Assembly: GCA_963702435.1 (NCBI GenBank)
Contig: CAVPCR010000005.1
Span: 128,001-192,000, forward strand
DNA: 64,000 bases
Reading direction: 5' to 3'
From: Candidatus Eiseniibacteriota bacterium
GTDB taxonomy: Bacteria > Eisenbacteria > RBG-16-71-46 > CAVPCR01
Shown here: one piece after another, positions 31,993 through 42,038 of the stretch
How positions within the stretch are numbered: position 1 is the first letter of the stretch
Layout of the letters: every line of letters begins with the position of its first letter
Position numbers and translations under genes: made by a program
Notes under the pieces: model-generated
Database searches by the model: none
Told to the model about the DNA's origin: nothing
What the model saw: the letters and a program-made list of their open reading frames with translations, nothing else

Positions 31993-34713
31993 TCATCGCA
32001 CGATACCGTGGCGCCTCATCCTGGCGATGAGCGTCGTCCGCTTGAGGCCGAGCGCCGCCGCCGCCGCGCTCTGGTTCCAGTCGGCGTCCATCAGCGCCTG
32101 GATGATGCGGCGGCGCTCGAGCCGGCTCAGCTCCTCGTCGAGGGCGAGATGCTCTGCGGCATCCGTTCGCCTCCCGGCGCTGGCGGCGAGGTCGGCGGAC
32201 AGGAGATCGAGACCCACCTCGCGATGGCCTCCGGCGAGGGCGACCACCCGCCGCACCTCGTTCTCGAGCTCGCGCACGTTCCCCGGCCACGGGTAGCTGA
32301 GACATGCCTCCCGCGCCGCGGGCGAGAAGCGGAGCTGGGGCTTGCCGGCCGCCGCGGCGTAGGCATGGAGGAAGTGATCGAGGAGAAGACCGATGTCCTC
32401 GATCCGCTCCCGGAGCGGCTTGAGCTCGATCACGACCGTTGCCAGCCGGTAGTAGAGATCCCGCCGGAAGCGGCCGGCGCGCACATCCTCCTTCAGGTCG
32501 CGGTTGGTCGCCGAGATGACGCGGATGTCCGCCCGACTCATGGCGGACTCGCCGATCCGCCGGAAGTCGCCGGTCTCGAGGAAACGAAGGAAGCTCACCT
32601 GCACTGGGAGCGGCATCTCCCCTACTTCGTCGAGGAAGAACGTGCCGCCGTCGGCCGCCTTGAGGAGCCCCTTGCGCTCGCGATCGGCGCCCGTGAACGC
32701 CCCGCGCGTGTGGCCGAAGAGCTGGCTCTCGAGAAGCTCCTGCCCGAGACCGGTGGGGATGAGCGGCACGAAGGTGCCGCTTCGCCGCGGACCGGCGGCG
32801 TGGATGGCGCGCGCGACGCGCTCCTTCCCCACGCCGGTCTCGCCGAGGATGAGCACCGGCACATCGGAGCTGCCGAGGCGCTCGACCTGCTCGAGCACTT
32901 CCAGCATCGCCGGGCTCTGTGCGATGAAGGTCCCGCTCAGGAGAGTGGTCCGCTCCGCGTCCCGCCCCGGGCTCGATCCCGGCCGCCGGCCACCGGAGAC
33001 GGACGCGGCGGCGACTCGGAGCCCGGCCGCACGTCCGGGCTCGTCGGCGCTCGCGCGCTCGGCCGCGCGGGCGAGCGCGTTCGCCTCCTCGTTCATGCGC
33101 TGCCGATCCGATGACAGCCCTTCCGCGGCGAGGACCGGGCGCGCGCGATCGAGCATGGCGCGGGCTCGATCGAGCATGCCGGCCCTGATCTGCAGGCGCG
33201 CCCGCACGAGCTGGCAGCGGGCCACCCCGAGGGCGAGCCCGAGCTCGGCGAAGATGCGCTCGGCCTCGGCCAGCACCACGAGCACGTCCTCGATGGGCAT
33301 CGCCGCCGACCGCACCTCGAGCTCGGCCAGGCGGAGGAGCGAGTGGGGAAGCTCCGATTGCCGGCCGGCGGCCCGGAGAAGGTCGACCGAACGATGGATC
33401 TCGGTGGCGGCGCGGTCGAGATCTTCACGCTCGATCGCAAGATCCGCGAGCACGCGATGCGTGAGCCCCTCCTCGACGCGATCGCCAGCGGTGCGGGCGG
33501 CGCTGAGCGCCAGCGCGGCGTCCGCGGCGGCGGGATCGAGCCGGGCCAGGGCGAGGTGGGCCTCCGCCCGCCGGCGAAAGGCGCCGGCCGCATTCCGCGG
33601 GTTGTCGCGATCGAGCCAGCCCACGAGCGCGTCGAAATGGCGAAGAGCTGCTTCGTGCTCCCCGCGCGCCATCGCCAGCTCCCCGGCGACCGCCTCCAGC
33701 CACCCCCGGATCCGATCGTTCACCTCGCCCGCGGCCCGTTCCGCCTCGGCGCAGATCCCGGCGGCCTCCCGGAAGCGGCGCCGGAATACGCAGAGCCTCG
33801 CGAGCGAGATCAGCGGGTCCACCGTGGCGCGCCGGCTGCCGCTCGCCTCGTGCACGCGGATGCTCTCCCGGAGATTGGCTTCCGCCTCGTCCCATTTCCC
33901 CATCGCCATGTTGACGATGCCCAGATTCAGGAGCACCGCCCCCGCCCGGGCTCCGCTCTCGCCGGCGCCGATGGCTGCGGCGCGCCGCAGGTAGTTGTGC
34001 GCCGACTCGACATGCCCGGAGAGAAGCGACACGATCCCGAGGTTCGAGAGGAGTTCGAGCATCCGCGGGCGGCGGTCCCGCGCGTGCTGGAACGAGTAGG
34101 CGTCGAAGAGCAGATCGAGAGCTTCATCGGGACGCCCGGCCACCGAGGAAGCGATGCCCAGGCACTGCCGGGCGTCGGCCGCCGCGCCGGGCCAGTTCTC
34201 GGCGAGCGCCAGGTCGAGCGCCCGGCGCGCCGGCTCGAGGGCGGCCGGCTCCCGATCGTCCTGGATCGCGAGCCATGCGGTCGCGAGCAGGCGGCAGACC
34301 GCAGCTGGAAGCGGGGGTGTGGGACCGAGGATCTCATCGGCCGCGCGCACGTGGTCCCGCGCCTCGTCGGAGGAGTTCGCGCGCGCCAGCAGGGAAGCCA
34401 GCCGGTAGCGAACGATCGCCACCTCGACCGGAGGAGCTGCGCCCGCGTGGGCGGTGAGCCACTCCCGGTATGCCTCGATGGCCGCGTTCCCCCGGCCCTG
34501 ATCGCGAAGGTCGTCGGCGAGCCGGCGGGATGCAGCGGCCAGGAGGAGGTGGTCTCCCTCCCTCCTGGCGCGGGCGGCGAGCAGGACGAGCCGGTCGCGG
34601 TCGGGAGGCGCCTCGACGAGATGCAGATCGAGGTCGGGATCGGCCGCACGGGCCCGGGGTGACACCGGAGGGGGCGCTGGGGCCATAGCGTCAATCTTTC
34701 GACGTGGCGTCAT
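31993..34713 (-). CDS. Sigma-54-dependent enhancer-binding protein with N-terminal TPR repeats and Fis-type HTH
   Basis: GETGVGKE Walker A, ESQLFGHTRGAFTGA, FFLDEVGE, FRRDLYYRL, WPGNVRELEN, WNQSAAAAALGLKRTTL; start 34713 or 34686. Confidence 0.93.
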   Translation of the reverse strand: MTPRRKIDAMAPAPPPVSPRARAADPDLDLHLVEAPPDRDRLVLLAARARREGDHLLLAAASRRLADDLRDQGRGNAAIEAYREWLTAHAGAAPPVEVAIVRYRLASLLARANSSDEARDHVRAADEILGPTPPLPAAVCRLLATAWLAIQDDREPAALEPARRALDLALAENWPGAAADARQCLGIASSVAGRPDEALDLLFDAYSFQHARDRRPRMLELLSNLGIVSLLSGHVESAHNYLRRAAAIGAGESGARAGAVLLNLGIVNMAMGKWDEAEANLRESIRVHEASGSRRATVDPLISLARLCVFRRRFREAAGICAEAERAAGEVNDRIRGWLEAVAGELAMARGEHEAALRHFDALVGWLDRDNPRNAAGAFRRRAEAHLALARLDPAAADAALALSAARTAGDRVEEGLTHRVLADLAIEREDLDRAATEIHRSVDLLRAAGRQSELPHSLLRLAELEVRSAAMPIEDVLVVLAEAERIFAELGLALGVARCQLVRARLQIRAGMLDRARAMLDRARPVLAAEGLSSDRQRMNEEANALARAAERASADEPGRAAGLRVAAASVSGGRRPGSSPGRDAERTTLLSGTFIAQSPAMLEVLEQVERLGSSDVPVLILGETGVGKERVARAIHAAGPRRSGTFVPLIPTGLGQELLESQLFGHTRGAFTGADRERKGLLKAADGGTFFLDEVGEMPLPVQVSFLRFLETGDFRRIGESAMSRADIRVISATNRDLKEDVRAGRFRRDLYYRLATVVIELKPLRERIEDIGLLLDHFLHAYAAAAGKPQLRFSPAAREACLSYPWPGNVRELENEVRRVVALAGGHREVGLDLLSADLAASAGRRTDAAEHLALDEELSRLERRRIIQALMDADWNQSAAAAALGLKRTTLIARMRRHGIVR

Positions 34714-34724
34714 GGACTTGACAC
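34707..34724. promoter_or_regulatory. Second copy of the enhancer-like palindrome at the bEBP gene 5' end (possible autoregulation)
   Basis: GCGTCATGGACTTGACAC, 2 mismatches to 31937-31954; additional partial copy GTCCATGACA at 34750-34759. Confidence 0.55.
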
Positions 34725-34757
34725 CTACTCGATTCTCCCAGGACAGCGGGTCCATGA

Positions 34758-34792
34758 CAAGGCCCTCCCTGCGCTGGGCAGGGAGGGCCTTG
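34758..34792 (-). terminator. Strong hairpin downstream of the Omp28-like gene
   Basis: CAAGGCCCTCCCTGC-GCTGG-GCAGGGAGGGCCTTG, perfect 15-bp stem; weak U tail. Confidence 0.6.
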
Positions 34793-34848
34793 CACTGACC
34801 TGAGGTTCGGGCCGCGGTCGGGCCGCTGTCGGCCTCCTGCGGCTCGGA

Positions 34849-36930
34849 CTACCGGATCCGCGTGACCTTGCCGGTGGCTTCGAACCCCGTGCTGGACAGG
34901 CGATACAGGTAGATGCCCGCGGGCAGATCGTTCCCGCGCGCATCCCGGCCGTCCCAGCTCACCATCCCCGGGCCGGCGCCGATACGACCGTCGATGAGCG
35001 TCCGCACCAGTCGCCCGTCGGTCCCGTAGACCCGGAGCGTCGCCGGTCCATCCTGCGGGACGACGAAGCTGATCGTCGTCGCGCTCATGAATGGATTCGG
35101 CCGCACCGAGACCTGCGTCAGGCCCGGAGCCGTTCCCGGATCCTCGATGCTCGTCGGGCCGTCGGGAGGCGTGGTCGTGAACCGCAGCGCGCGCCCGGCC
35201 GCGAGCCCATGCGCCGCCGCGTTCAGATGACCACTCGCCAGGTACTGGATGCCGACCGTCTCGGTCTGGTTCTCGATGCCGACCGTGCACCCGGAGGCAT
35301 CGCTCACCACCGCGTACTGGATGTCGATCTGCCCGTCTCCGGTCTCGGTCGGATGCATCGCCGGATTGTAGAGAATGAACTGGAGGGTCTCCGGCACGCC
35401 GAGCCCGGCGTCGTGGTAGTGCTCCACTCCGCTGAACTCGACGATGTAGCGACCGCCCGCGGCATCGTCCCACGCGTAGACCTTCCCGCTGCCGGCGGCT
35501 GCCGGGTTCAGGTCGGTCCAGAAACCGGCGATCATCTTCGGCGGTCCCTCGGGGCCGGGGATCGAGCCGTTCGAGACCGCGTACTCGGTGGTCGCCCCGA
35601 GGGCCAGGAACCCGTTCGAGGAGATCGAGATCCGATTGTCCACGTTGCCGTACAGCTTGAAGCTGAACGACATGGTCCGCTGTACGGTCTGATCATCACC
35701 CAGCGAGACCAGGGTTCCCGGTCCGCCCCGCGTGGGATCGATCTCCACCCAGTTGTAGGTCGGCCGCGGAACATTGCCCGGCCCGTCCACGTCCTCGTAC
35801 GCGTAGTAGCCGTAGCTGTCCGCTCCGATCGGGTCGGTGGGCGAGCCGACGCCAAGAGTCAACGTCGTCTGCTTCGTGTAGCCCCCAGCCGCCGCCAGGT
35901 CGAAACTGAAGGGGATCTCGTATCCGTACGGCACTGCGAGGACCACGCTCAGCGCGAAGGGATCGGCGCTGTTGTCGCCGGTCGCCAGGTACGCGATGTC
36001 GGGCCAGGTCCCCGCACCGTCGGTGACCGTCGCATTGGCATCGCTCGTCGACAGCGCCCCGGCGATCGTGGTTGCACCGACCGGATTCAGGTTCATGAGC
36101 GTGAGCGCGATCTCGGCGTCCTCGCCCGGATCGAGCCGGCCGTTCCCGTTGCCGCCCGCGGTGTCGTCGATCACGACACTCGAAACGACGAGCTCGGGCT
36201 GATCGAGGTGGAAGAAGATCTTCGCCGCCTGGTGCACTTCCTTGGTGGCGTCGTCCTGCACGAAGACCACGCACTCGAGGTTCCTCTCGACCCAGGCCGG
36301 GCCGAGCGCGAAGGTCTGCGTCCGCGTGACCGGCACGCTGGGGGCGAACGTGATGACCTCACCGGTTGGCGCGGGGAGGAAGTCACGCATGCCGTGGTTC
36401 AGCGTCTGCGGGAGCCGGTAGGTCGAACCGGCCGGCGGGGCCACACCGCTCTCGGTGATCGCGAAGCGCAAAGCCCCCGTCACGGGGGCGCCGCTCGTGT
36501 TCGTGATCTCGGCCGTGATGGTGCCGGCGACGCGATCCCCGCTCAGGTTGATGCGGAGCGGGCTCGGCATCGCCGCTCGATCGAGGACCATCTGCTCCCA
36601 GGCCCCGCCGGAAGTGCCGTCGACAATGCCGTCGAAGTAGGTGTGTGGCGTGTAGCTGACGCTGTAATAGGTGATGCGAGCCCGGTTCTCGTCGATGTTG
36701 GCCTGATAGAACGGATCCCCGATGCCGGGCCACCAGGCGTGAACGGCGATGGTGGCGACCATCTCGGGATGATTCGCAACGATCTGGTCCAGCACACGGC
36801 TGGCTGCTGGGCAGCCTGGTCAGGATGTGTTCGTGAACTCCTCGATGAGAACCATCCTGGGCTCGGCCGTGGCCAGGCTCGAAAGCCCGATCACCGCCAC
36901 GAGCGCTCCGGCGAGTGCAAGCGTCCTCAT
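34849..36930 (-). CDS. Secreted Omp28-related thioredoxin-fold protein with FlgD-Ig C-terminus; in-frame TGA at codon 37 (putative selenocysteine, UxxC)
   Basis: CAGGAGG RBS + ATG 36930; MRTLALAGALVAVIGLSSLATA signal peptide; RMVLIEEFTNTS-TGA-PGCP in frame with the 648-aa ORF (HAWWPG.GDPFY, YYSVSYTPHTYFDG, VVFVQDDATKEVHQA). Confidence 0.85.
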
Positions 36931-37101
36931 TGGCTGACCTCCTGGCTGGATGTGGACAAGGGCCGTCGGACTTCCCCGGCCGGAACCATTCTACACCTGA
37001 AAGTCATCTAAACATGAGGAAATGAGCCGGAGGGGCTGCGATGGGCCCTGGGGGGCCCGGGGGCCTCGCGACAGGGCGGCGGCCTACGGCCTCCAGGGCG
37101 G

Positions 37102-40100
37102 TCAGGGGACGGCTATCACCGTGGCCGGGAGCTCGCGCACGATGATCTCCCCGGCAGCGCTCGCCTCGACGCGGGCGCCGTTGACCGTGGCGGAGCGAAC
37201 GGCCGCGAGCGGGGTGCGAACGGCAATCCCGCCCGGTGGGATGCGGGTGCCGGCCTCGATCTTGACCTCGACGCTCGCGTCTCCCGCGCCCGCGTGCCGC
37301 ATGGTGAACGAGAGCGGACCGTGGTGCGTGCTGAGGTTCCGCACCGTGAGGCCCGGTCCGGCGAGCCACTCGCTCGGTACGCCCGCGCCGAGGACGAGCG
37401 ACTCGTCCGCCTCGCGCTCGTACGCGAGCATGTCGAGGATGGAGCGGATGAAGTCCGATCCGACCCAGGTGTGCGGGAGGTCGCCGACGAAGTGCGGGAC
37501 GCGGTCCTCGCGGCGCACCACCTCCGGCCACTGCCGCCAGCCGGTCGGCTTCTGCTGCGTCAGGAACCAGCGCGTGAGCTCCTGGGCGCGATCCCGCCAG
37601 CCGAGGCGCACGAAGGCGCCGATGTTCCGCATCTCGTAGGGCGTGAACGCATCCCACGGCGCGCCGTCGCGCCGCGCGGTGAAGAACTCCCAGTAGCGCT
37701 CGAACGTGCGCTCGAGCGCGGCCGGATCGAGGATCGCGGCGGCGTTGGTCGGGGCCAGGGCGATCGTGGTCGAGGTGGCGTCGAAGTCGCCGAGATCGGC
37801 GCATCCCGGGATGTAGTCGATCGCGTGCACGCGCCGGGCCGCCTCGACCGAGGCGGCGAGGTCATGGGCGAACTCGTCGCGGATCGCGGCGAGGCGGGCC
37901 GCTTCGGCCGGGTGGCCCAGTTCGGCCGCGAGGAACGTTGCGTCCTTGAAGCCGAGGAAGGCGAAGAAGTCGTCCCAGTAGGAGTGCATCGGCTTCGCCG
38001 AGTAGCCCTCGTGGCTGATCGAGGGCGGGAGGAGCCCGTAGAAATGGAGTTTGTCAGGGGTCTCGTACTCCGGCGTCCGGCGCTCGTGGCGGAGCGAGTC
38101 GAGATAGGCGGCCGCGGCGACGACGCGCGGCCACATCGCCGCGGCGAGCGTGCGATCGCGCGTGTGCCGGTAGTACTCGGCGACGAGGTAGATGAACTCG
38201 CCCGATGAATCGTGCTCCGGCACCGGATCGGCGCCCCGCCAGTCGACGACGCAGGGGATCTTCCCGTTCGGATACTGGTGGGGCGCGAACCACTCGATGA
38301 ACTCGCGCACCGCATCCGCGTGCCCGAGGCGCAGCAGCGCCGTCGAGGTGAGCGAGCCGTCGCGGATCCAGGAGCGCGCGTAGGCCCGCGTGCCCGGCTG
38401 GATGGCGGGACCGGCGCGGTTGACGAGGATGTAACGGAGCTGAGCGCGCAGGGACTCGGCGATCCACTCCGCAGGCGCCGGAAGTGAGCGGAGGTCGATC
38501 GTGGCCCGTTGCATGGACGAGTCCCAGGCGCGCCAGTACGCCCCCACCTGCTCCGTCACCCAGTCGAACGCTGCGCTCTGGCCCTCGACCATGGGCGGCG
38601 GCGGCGAGTCCGCGTGGAGCGGAATGACGACATGCACCTGGTCCTTGCCGATGTAGTACGGCTTTCCCGCCGTCGCGACATTCATGGGGAATGCAAGCAC
38701 AGCGGATGCGGCACCGAAGGCGTCCTCGACGGCGCTCTTGTCCGGCAGCCTGCCTTGCGCCAGGTAGTCGGCGACGGCGTCGCCCTGGTCGAACGTCGCC
38801 GCCCCGAAATCCGCTGGTGGAGTGAGGCAGAAGAAGGCCGGTCGCCCATTGGCGCGCAGGATGCGTCCGTCCACGGCCAGATCGCGGATCGGCGCCGTCC
38901 CGCCGAGCTTGTTGAGGAACTGAGCCGGGGGATTCACCTGGAACGGGCGCACGGCGAGGCAAAGGGTGGCCTGCACCGGCTCTGCCGACGAGTTGGAGAC
39001 CCCGTAACTGACGACAATCGATGACGCGCCGGGATCGCCGGTCGCGAATGCGTTCACCGAGAGGTGGAGCGGCGGGACCTCGCGCGAGACGGAAGGCATC
39101 ACCTCCAACCCCTGACTCGTCGTCCCCTCGGCCCAGGTGAACAGCGTGTCCCCGACCATGAGGAACGGCTCGATCGAGAAATGCTCCTCCCCCGCCTCGA
39201 TCGCTCCGTCCTCGCTGAACAGGACCTCGCGGCGGTCGTTGTCGGCGCCGACCACCGTCCAGTAGCTCTGCTCGCCCGACATCCCGCGCGGGTAGAGCCC
39301 GCGCCGCGCATCGGCCGCGATCGCCTGGAAGAACGCCTCGCGTGTGGCCGACCAGGCGAGCGGCTGGACGGCGACCGCGGCGAGCGCCGCGCGCTCCGCC
39401 GCTTCCGGCGCGCCGGTCAGGCGCACCCGCACGTGGCGCGATTCGCTCTCCGGGAGATACAGGTAGTCGCGGCCGCCGTTCCCGCCCGCGACCGTGCGCG
39501 CGGCCGTCCACGGGCCGCCGCCCTCCTCCGCCGTCTCGATCACGTAGTCGCTCGCGCCGCCCTCGGGCGCCCAGTCGAGGACGAGCCCGCCATACTCGCG
39601 CGGCACGCCGAGATCGAGCGCGAGCCACGGGGCGCGATCGCCGGCGGCCGGACGCCACGCGGTCGTCGAATCGCCATCGAGCGCGCGCGCCGCCGCGTGC
39701 CCGCCTTGCGCCGAGGAAGCGCTCGCCACCGGCGGCGGCGGCGCCTGGTCGGCCGGCGGGAGCGGCGTGAGGGTCGAGATCGTCGATCCACACGCTTCCC
39801 TGGCCGCCGCTCCCCGCGGTGACGACGATCTCGAGCGCGGCGACATGCCGGATCTCGCCCCCGCCCTGCGGTCCCCAGGCGAAGGCGATCTGGCGCTTCT
39901 TGATCGCGAACTTCTGCCACTCTGCAGGGAAGACGTAGTCGCGGCGCACGAACCACCAGACGTTCTCGCCCGTCGCGTCGAGGAGCTTGAACTCGACGTG
40001 ATTGGACGGCGCCGCGCCCCGCACGCGGAAGGAGAATGCGTAGTTCTCAGGAAGGTGGAGCGCCATCTTCCGCCGCGCCACCGCGTAGCCGCCGCCGCTC

Positions 40101-40305
40101 TTGAAGTGGAAGTCGAGCCGCATGCGCGCCGCCGCGGCGCCCGGCTCCGAGCGCAATCGCGAGATCGACGCCGTCGGCCGGGAAGGGCGCCCAGGCGGCG
40201 ACATCCGTCGAAGTCGTCGATCACGGCTCGGGGCCGTCGGCGGCGGTTGCGCCGCCCGCTCAGGAGCAGAGGCGACGGGCGATCCCGCCGAGAATGCCGT
40301 CTCAC
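37102..40305 (-). CDS. Discoidin (F5/8 type C) domain protein with N-terminal CBM-like domain and C-terminal six-hairpin glycosidase-like domain; frameshifts near 39770 and 40100-40300
   Basis: IDDFD...RLDFHF...GGYAV...VWIDDL in one frame; ALDGDSTTAW...WLALDLG; IQPGTRAYARSWIRDG, EHDSSGE, HSYWDDF, GDLPHTWVGSD. Confidence 0.75.
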   Translation of the reverse strand: MRRHSRRDRPSPLLLSGRRNRRRRPRAVIDDFDGCRRLGALPGRRRRSRDCARSRAPRRRACGSTSTSRAAAATRWRGGRWRSTFLRTTHSPSACGARRRPITSSSSSSTRRARTSGGSCAATTSSLQSGRSSRSRSARSPSPGDRRAGARSGMSPRSRSSSPRGAAAREACGSTISTLTPLPPADQAPPPPVASASSAQGGHAAARALDGDSTTAWRPAAGDRAPWLALDLGVPREYGGLVLDWAPEGGASDYVIETAEEGGGPWTAARTVAGGNGGRDYLYLPESESRHVRVRLTGAPEAAERAALAAVAVQPLAWSATREAFFQAIAADARRGLYPRGMSGEQSYWTVVGADNDRREVLFSEDGAIEAGEEHFSIEPFLMVGDTLFTWAEGTTSQGLEVMPSVSREVPPLHLSVNAFATGDPGASSIVVSYGVSNSSAEPVQATLCLAVRPFQVNPPAQFLNKLGGTAPIRDLAVDGRILRANGRPAFFCLTPPADFGAATFDQGDAVADYLAQGRLPDKSAVEDAFGAASAVLAFPMNVATAGKPYYIGKDQVHVVIPLHADSPPPPMVEGQSAAFDWVTEQVGAYWRAWDSSMQRATIDLRSLPAPAEWIAESLRAQLRYILVNRAGPAIQPGTRAYARSWIRDGSLTSTALLRLGHADAVREFIEWFAPHQYPNGKIPCVVDWRGADPVPEHDSSGEFIYLVAEYYRHTRDRTLAAAMWPRVVAAAAYLDSLRHERRTPEYETPDKLHFYGLLPPSISHEGYSAKPMHSYWDDFFAFLGFKDATFLAAELGHPAEAARLAAIRDEFAHDLAASVEAARRVHAIDYIPGCADLGDFDATSTTIALAPTNAAAILDPAALERTFERYWEFFTARRDGAPWDAFTPYEMRNIGAFVRLGWRDRAQELTRWFLTQQKPTGWRQWPEVVRREDRVPHFVGDLPHTWVGSDFIRSILDMLAYEREADESLVLGAGVPSEWLAGPGLTVRNLSTHHGPLSFTMRHAGAGDASVEVKIEAGTRIPPGGIAVRTPLAAVRSATVNGARVEASAAGEIIVRELPATVIAVP

Positions 40306-41131
40306 GCCCTTGACGCTGCCCGCCAGGATGCCACGGACGTAGCCCGCTGGAAAACGAGGAAGACGAGCAGCGCCGGGAGCACGGTCAAGACCGATCCCGC
40401 CATCATGAGCTCGGTGTCCTGCACGTGCTCGCCGGCCAGGTTGGCCAGCGCGACCGGGAGCGTGTACGTCGCGCCTGTCGCTCAGGATGATCAGCGGCCA
40501 CATGAAGTCGTTCCACGCGGAGAGGAAGGTGAACGTGGCGAGCGTGACGAGGATCGGCTTGATGACGGGCACGACGATCGGTCAGGAAGATGCGCGAACT
40601 CGCCCGCGCCGTCCACGCGCGCCGCGTCGAGGAGATCGTCCGGGATGCCGAGGGCGTACTGGCGGACGAGGAAGATGCCGAAGACGCTCGCGAGGTAGGG
40701 GACCAGCACCCCGACGTAGGTGTTCACGAAGCCCGAGCTCGCGCAGGAGGAGGAAGAGCGGCAGCATGCCGACCTGCGCCGGCACGACGAGCGCCAGCAT
40801 GAGGACGCGGAAGAGCCGGTCCCGCCCGCCGAAGCGGAGCTTGGCGAAGGCGTAGCCGGCCATGCCCGTTGACGAGCACCGAGAGGAGCGTGGCGACCGA
40901 TGGTGATGAGCGCGCTGTTCAGGAAGTGGCGCGCGAGGTCGAGCCGGGTGAAGAGCGCGACGTAGTGCTCGAGCGTCGGCCGGCTCGGCCAGAAGCGGCG
41001 GCGGGACGTGTTCGCCTCCCCCGTCGGCATGAAGGAGGCCGCGACCATCCAGGCGAGCGGCGTCAGCGTGATCGCGGCGCCGAACACGAGCGCCGCGTGC
41101 AGCAGGAACGACGCGCGAGCCGCCGGCTCAT
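40302..41131 (-). CDS. Carbohydrate ABC transporter permease (MalG-like), frameshifted
   Basis: Fragments PLAWMVAASF, MAGYAFAKLRF, IPDDLLDAARVDGAGE (EAA motif), FLSAWNDFMWPLI, YVRGILAGSVK. Confidence 0.8.
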
Positions 41132-42038
41132 CGCCCGTTCTCCGCTGCGGAGCCGCGAGCTGGAGGAGCGTGCCGGCGAGCGTGATCACGAGGAGGAGGA
41201 CCGCCATGCGTCGAGGCGATCCCCATCCGCCACCAGCGGAAGCCCTCCTCGTACATGAGGAGGACGACGCTCGTCGTGCTCCGGAGCGGCCCGCCCTGCG
41301 TCATCACGTAGGGCTCGGCGAAGAGCTGGAAGTAGCCGATCATGGTCGTCACGCCCACGAACAGGAAGGTCGGCGCGAGCCCCGGCAGGGTGACGTGCCG
41401 GAAACGCTGCCAGGCGCCTGCGCCGTCGATCGACGCGGCCTCGTAGAGCTCCTCCGGGATCGCTCTGCAGCCCGGCGACGAAGATGAGCATGTTGTAGCC
41501 GAAGTTCTTCCAGACGGCGAGGAGGATGATCGCCGGCATCGCCCACGCGGATCGCCGAGCCAGTCGATCGGACCGAGGCCGAACCAGCCGAGGGCGTGGT
41601 TCAGGAGACCCGTAGCGCGGGTGATAGAGGTAGCGCCAGACGATGGCGACCGCGACGAGGGTGGTCACCACCGGGGCGAAGTAGATGGTGCGGAAGAGCG
41701 CGCGGAGCTTGACCGCGCGCGCATTGAGGAGGAGCGCCGCGCCGAGCGAGACGAGGACCGAGAGCGGACCGCCGACGAGGACGAAGTAGAGCGTGTTCCG
41801 GAGCGCCTGCCAGAAGAGCGAGCTCGTGAGCGTCGCCGACGTAGTTCTTGAGCCCGACGAAGCGGGCCGTGTCACGGGGCGCCGATCGCGTAGATGTCGA
41901 AGTCGGTGAGGCTCAAGCAGGAGACCGGCCAGCACCGGCAGGACGAAGAAGAGCCCGATCAACGCCGAGCGCGGGCGCGAGGAAGAGCCAGGCCGCCCGC
42001 GCCTTCCGGCGCTCGATGTGGGCGCCGCGCGCGCTCAT
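41128..42038 (-). CDS. Carbohydrate ABC transporter permease (MalF-like), frameshifted
   Basis: AAWLFLAPAL, FWQALRNTLYF, FRTIYFAPVV, WKNFGYNMLIFVAGLQ, FQLFAEPYVMTQGGP. Confidence 0.8.

Noticed and set aside
36820..36822. TGA as Trp/Gly recoding or simple pseudogene stop
   Set aside because: Many genes here end properly at TGA (GH94, uvrA, pdxT), so the code is standard; the TGA falls exactly at the first Cys position of CxxC and the rest of the gene is intact
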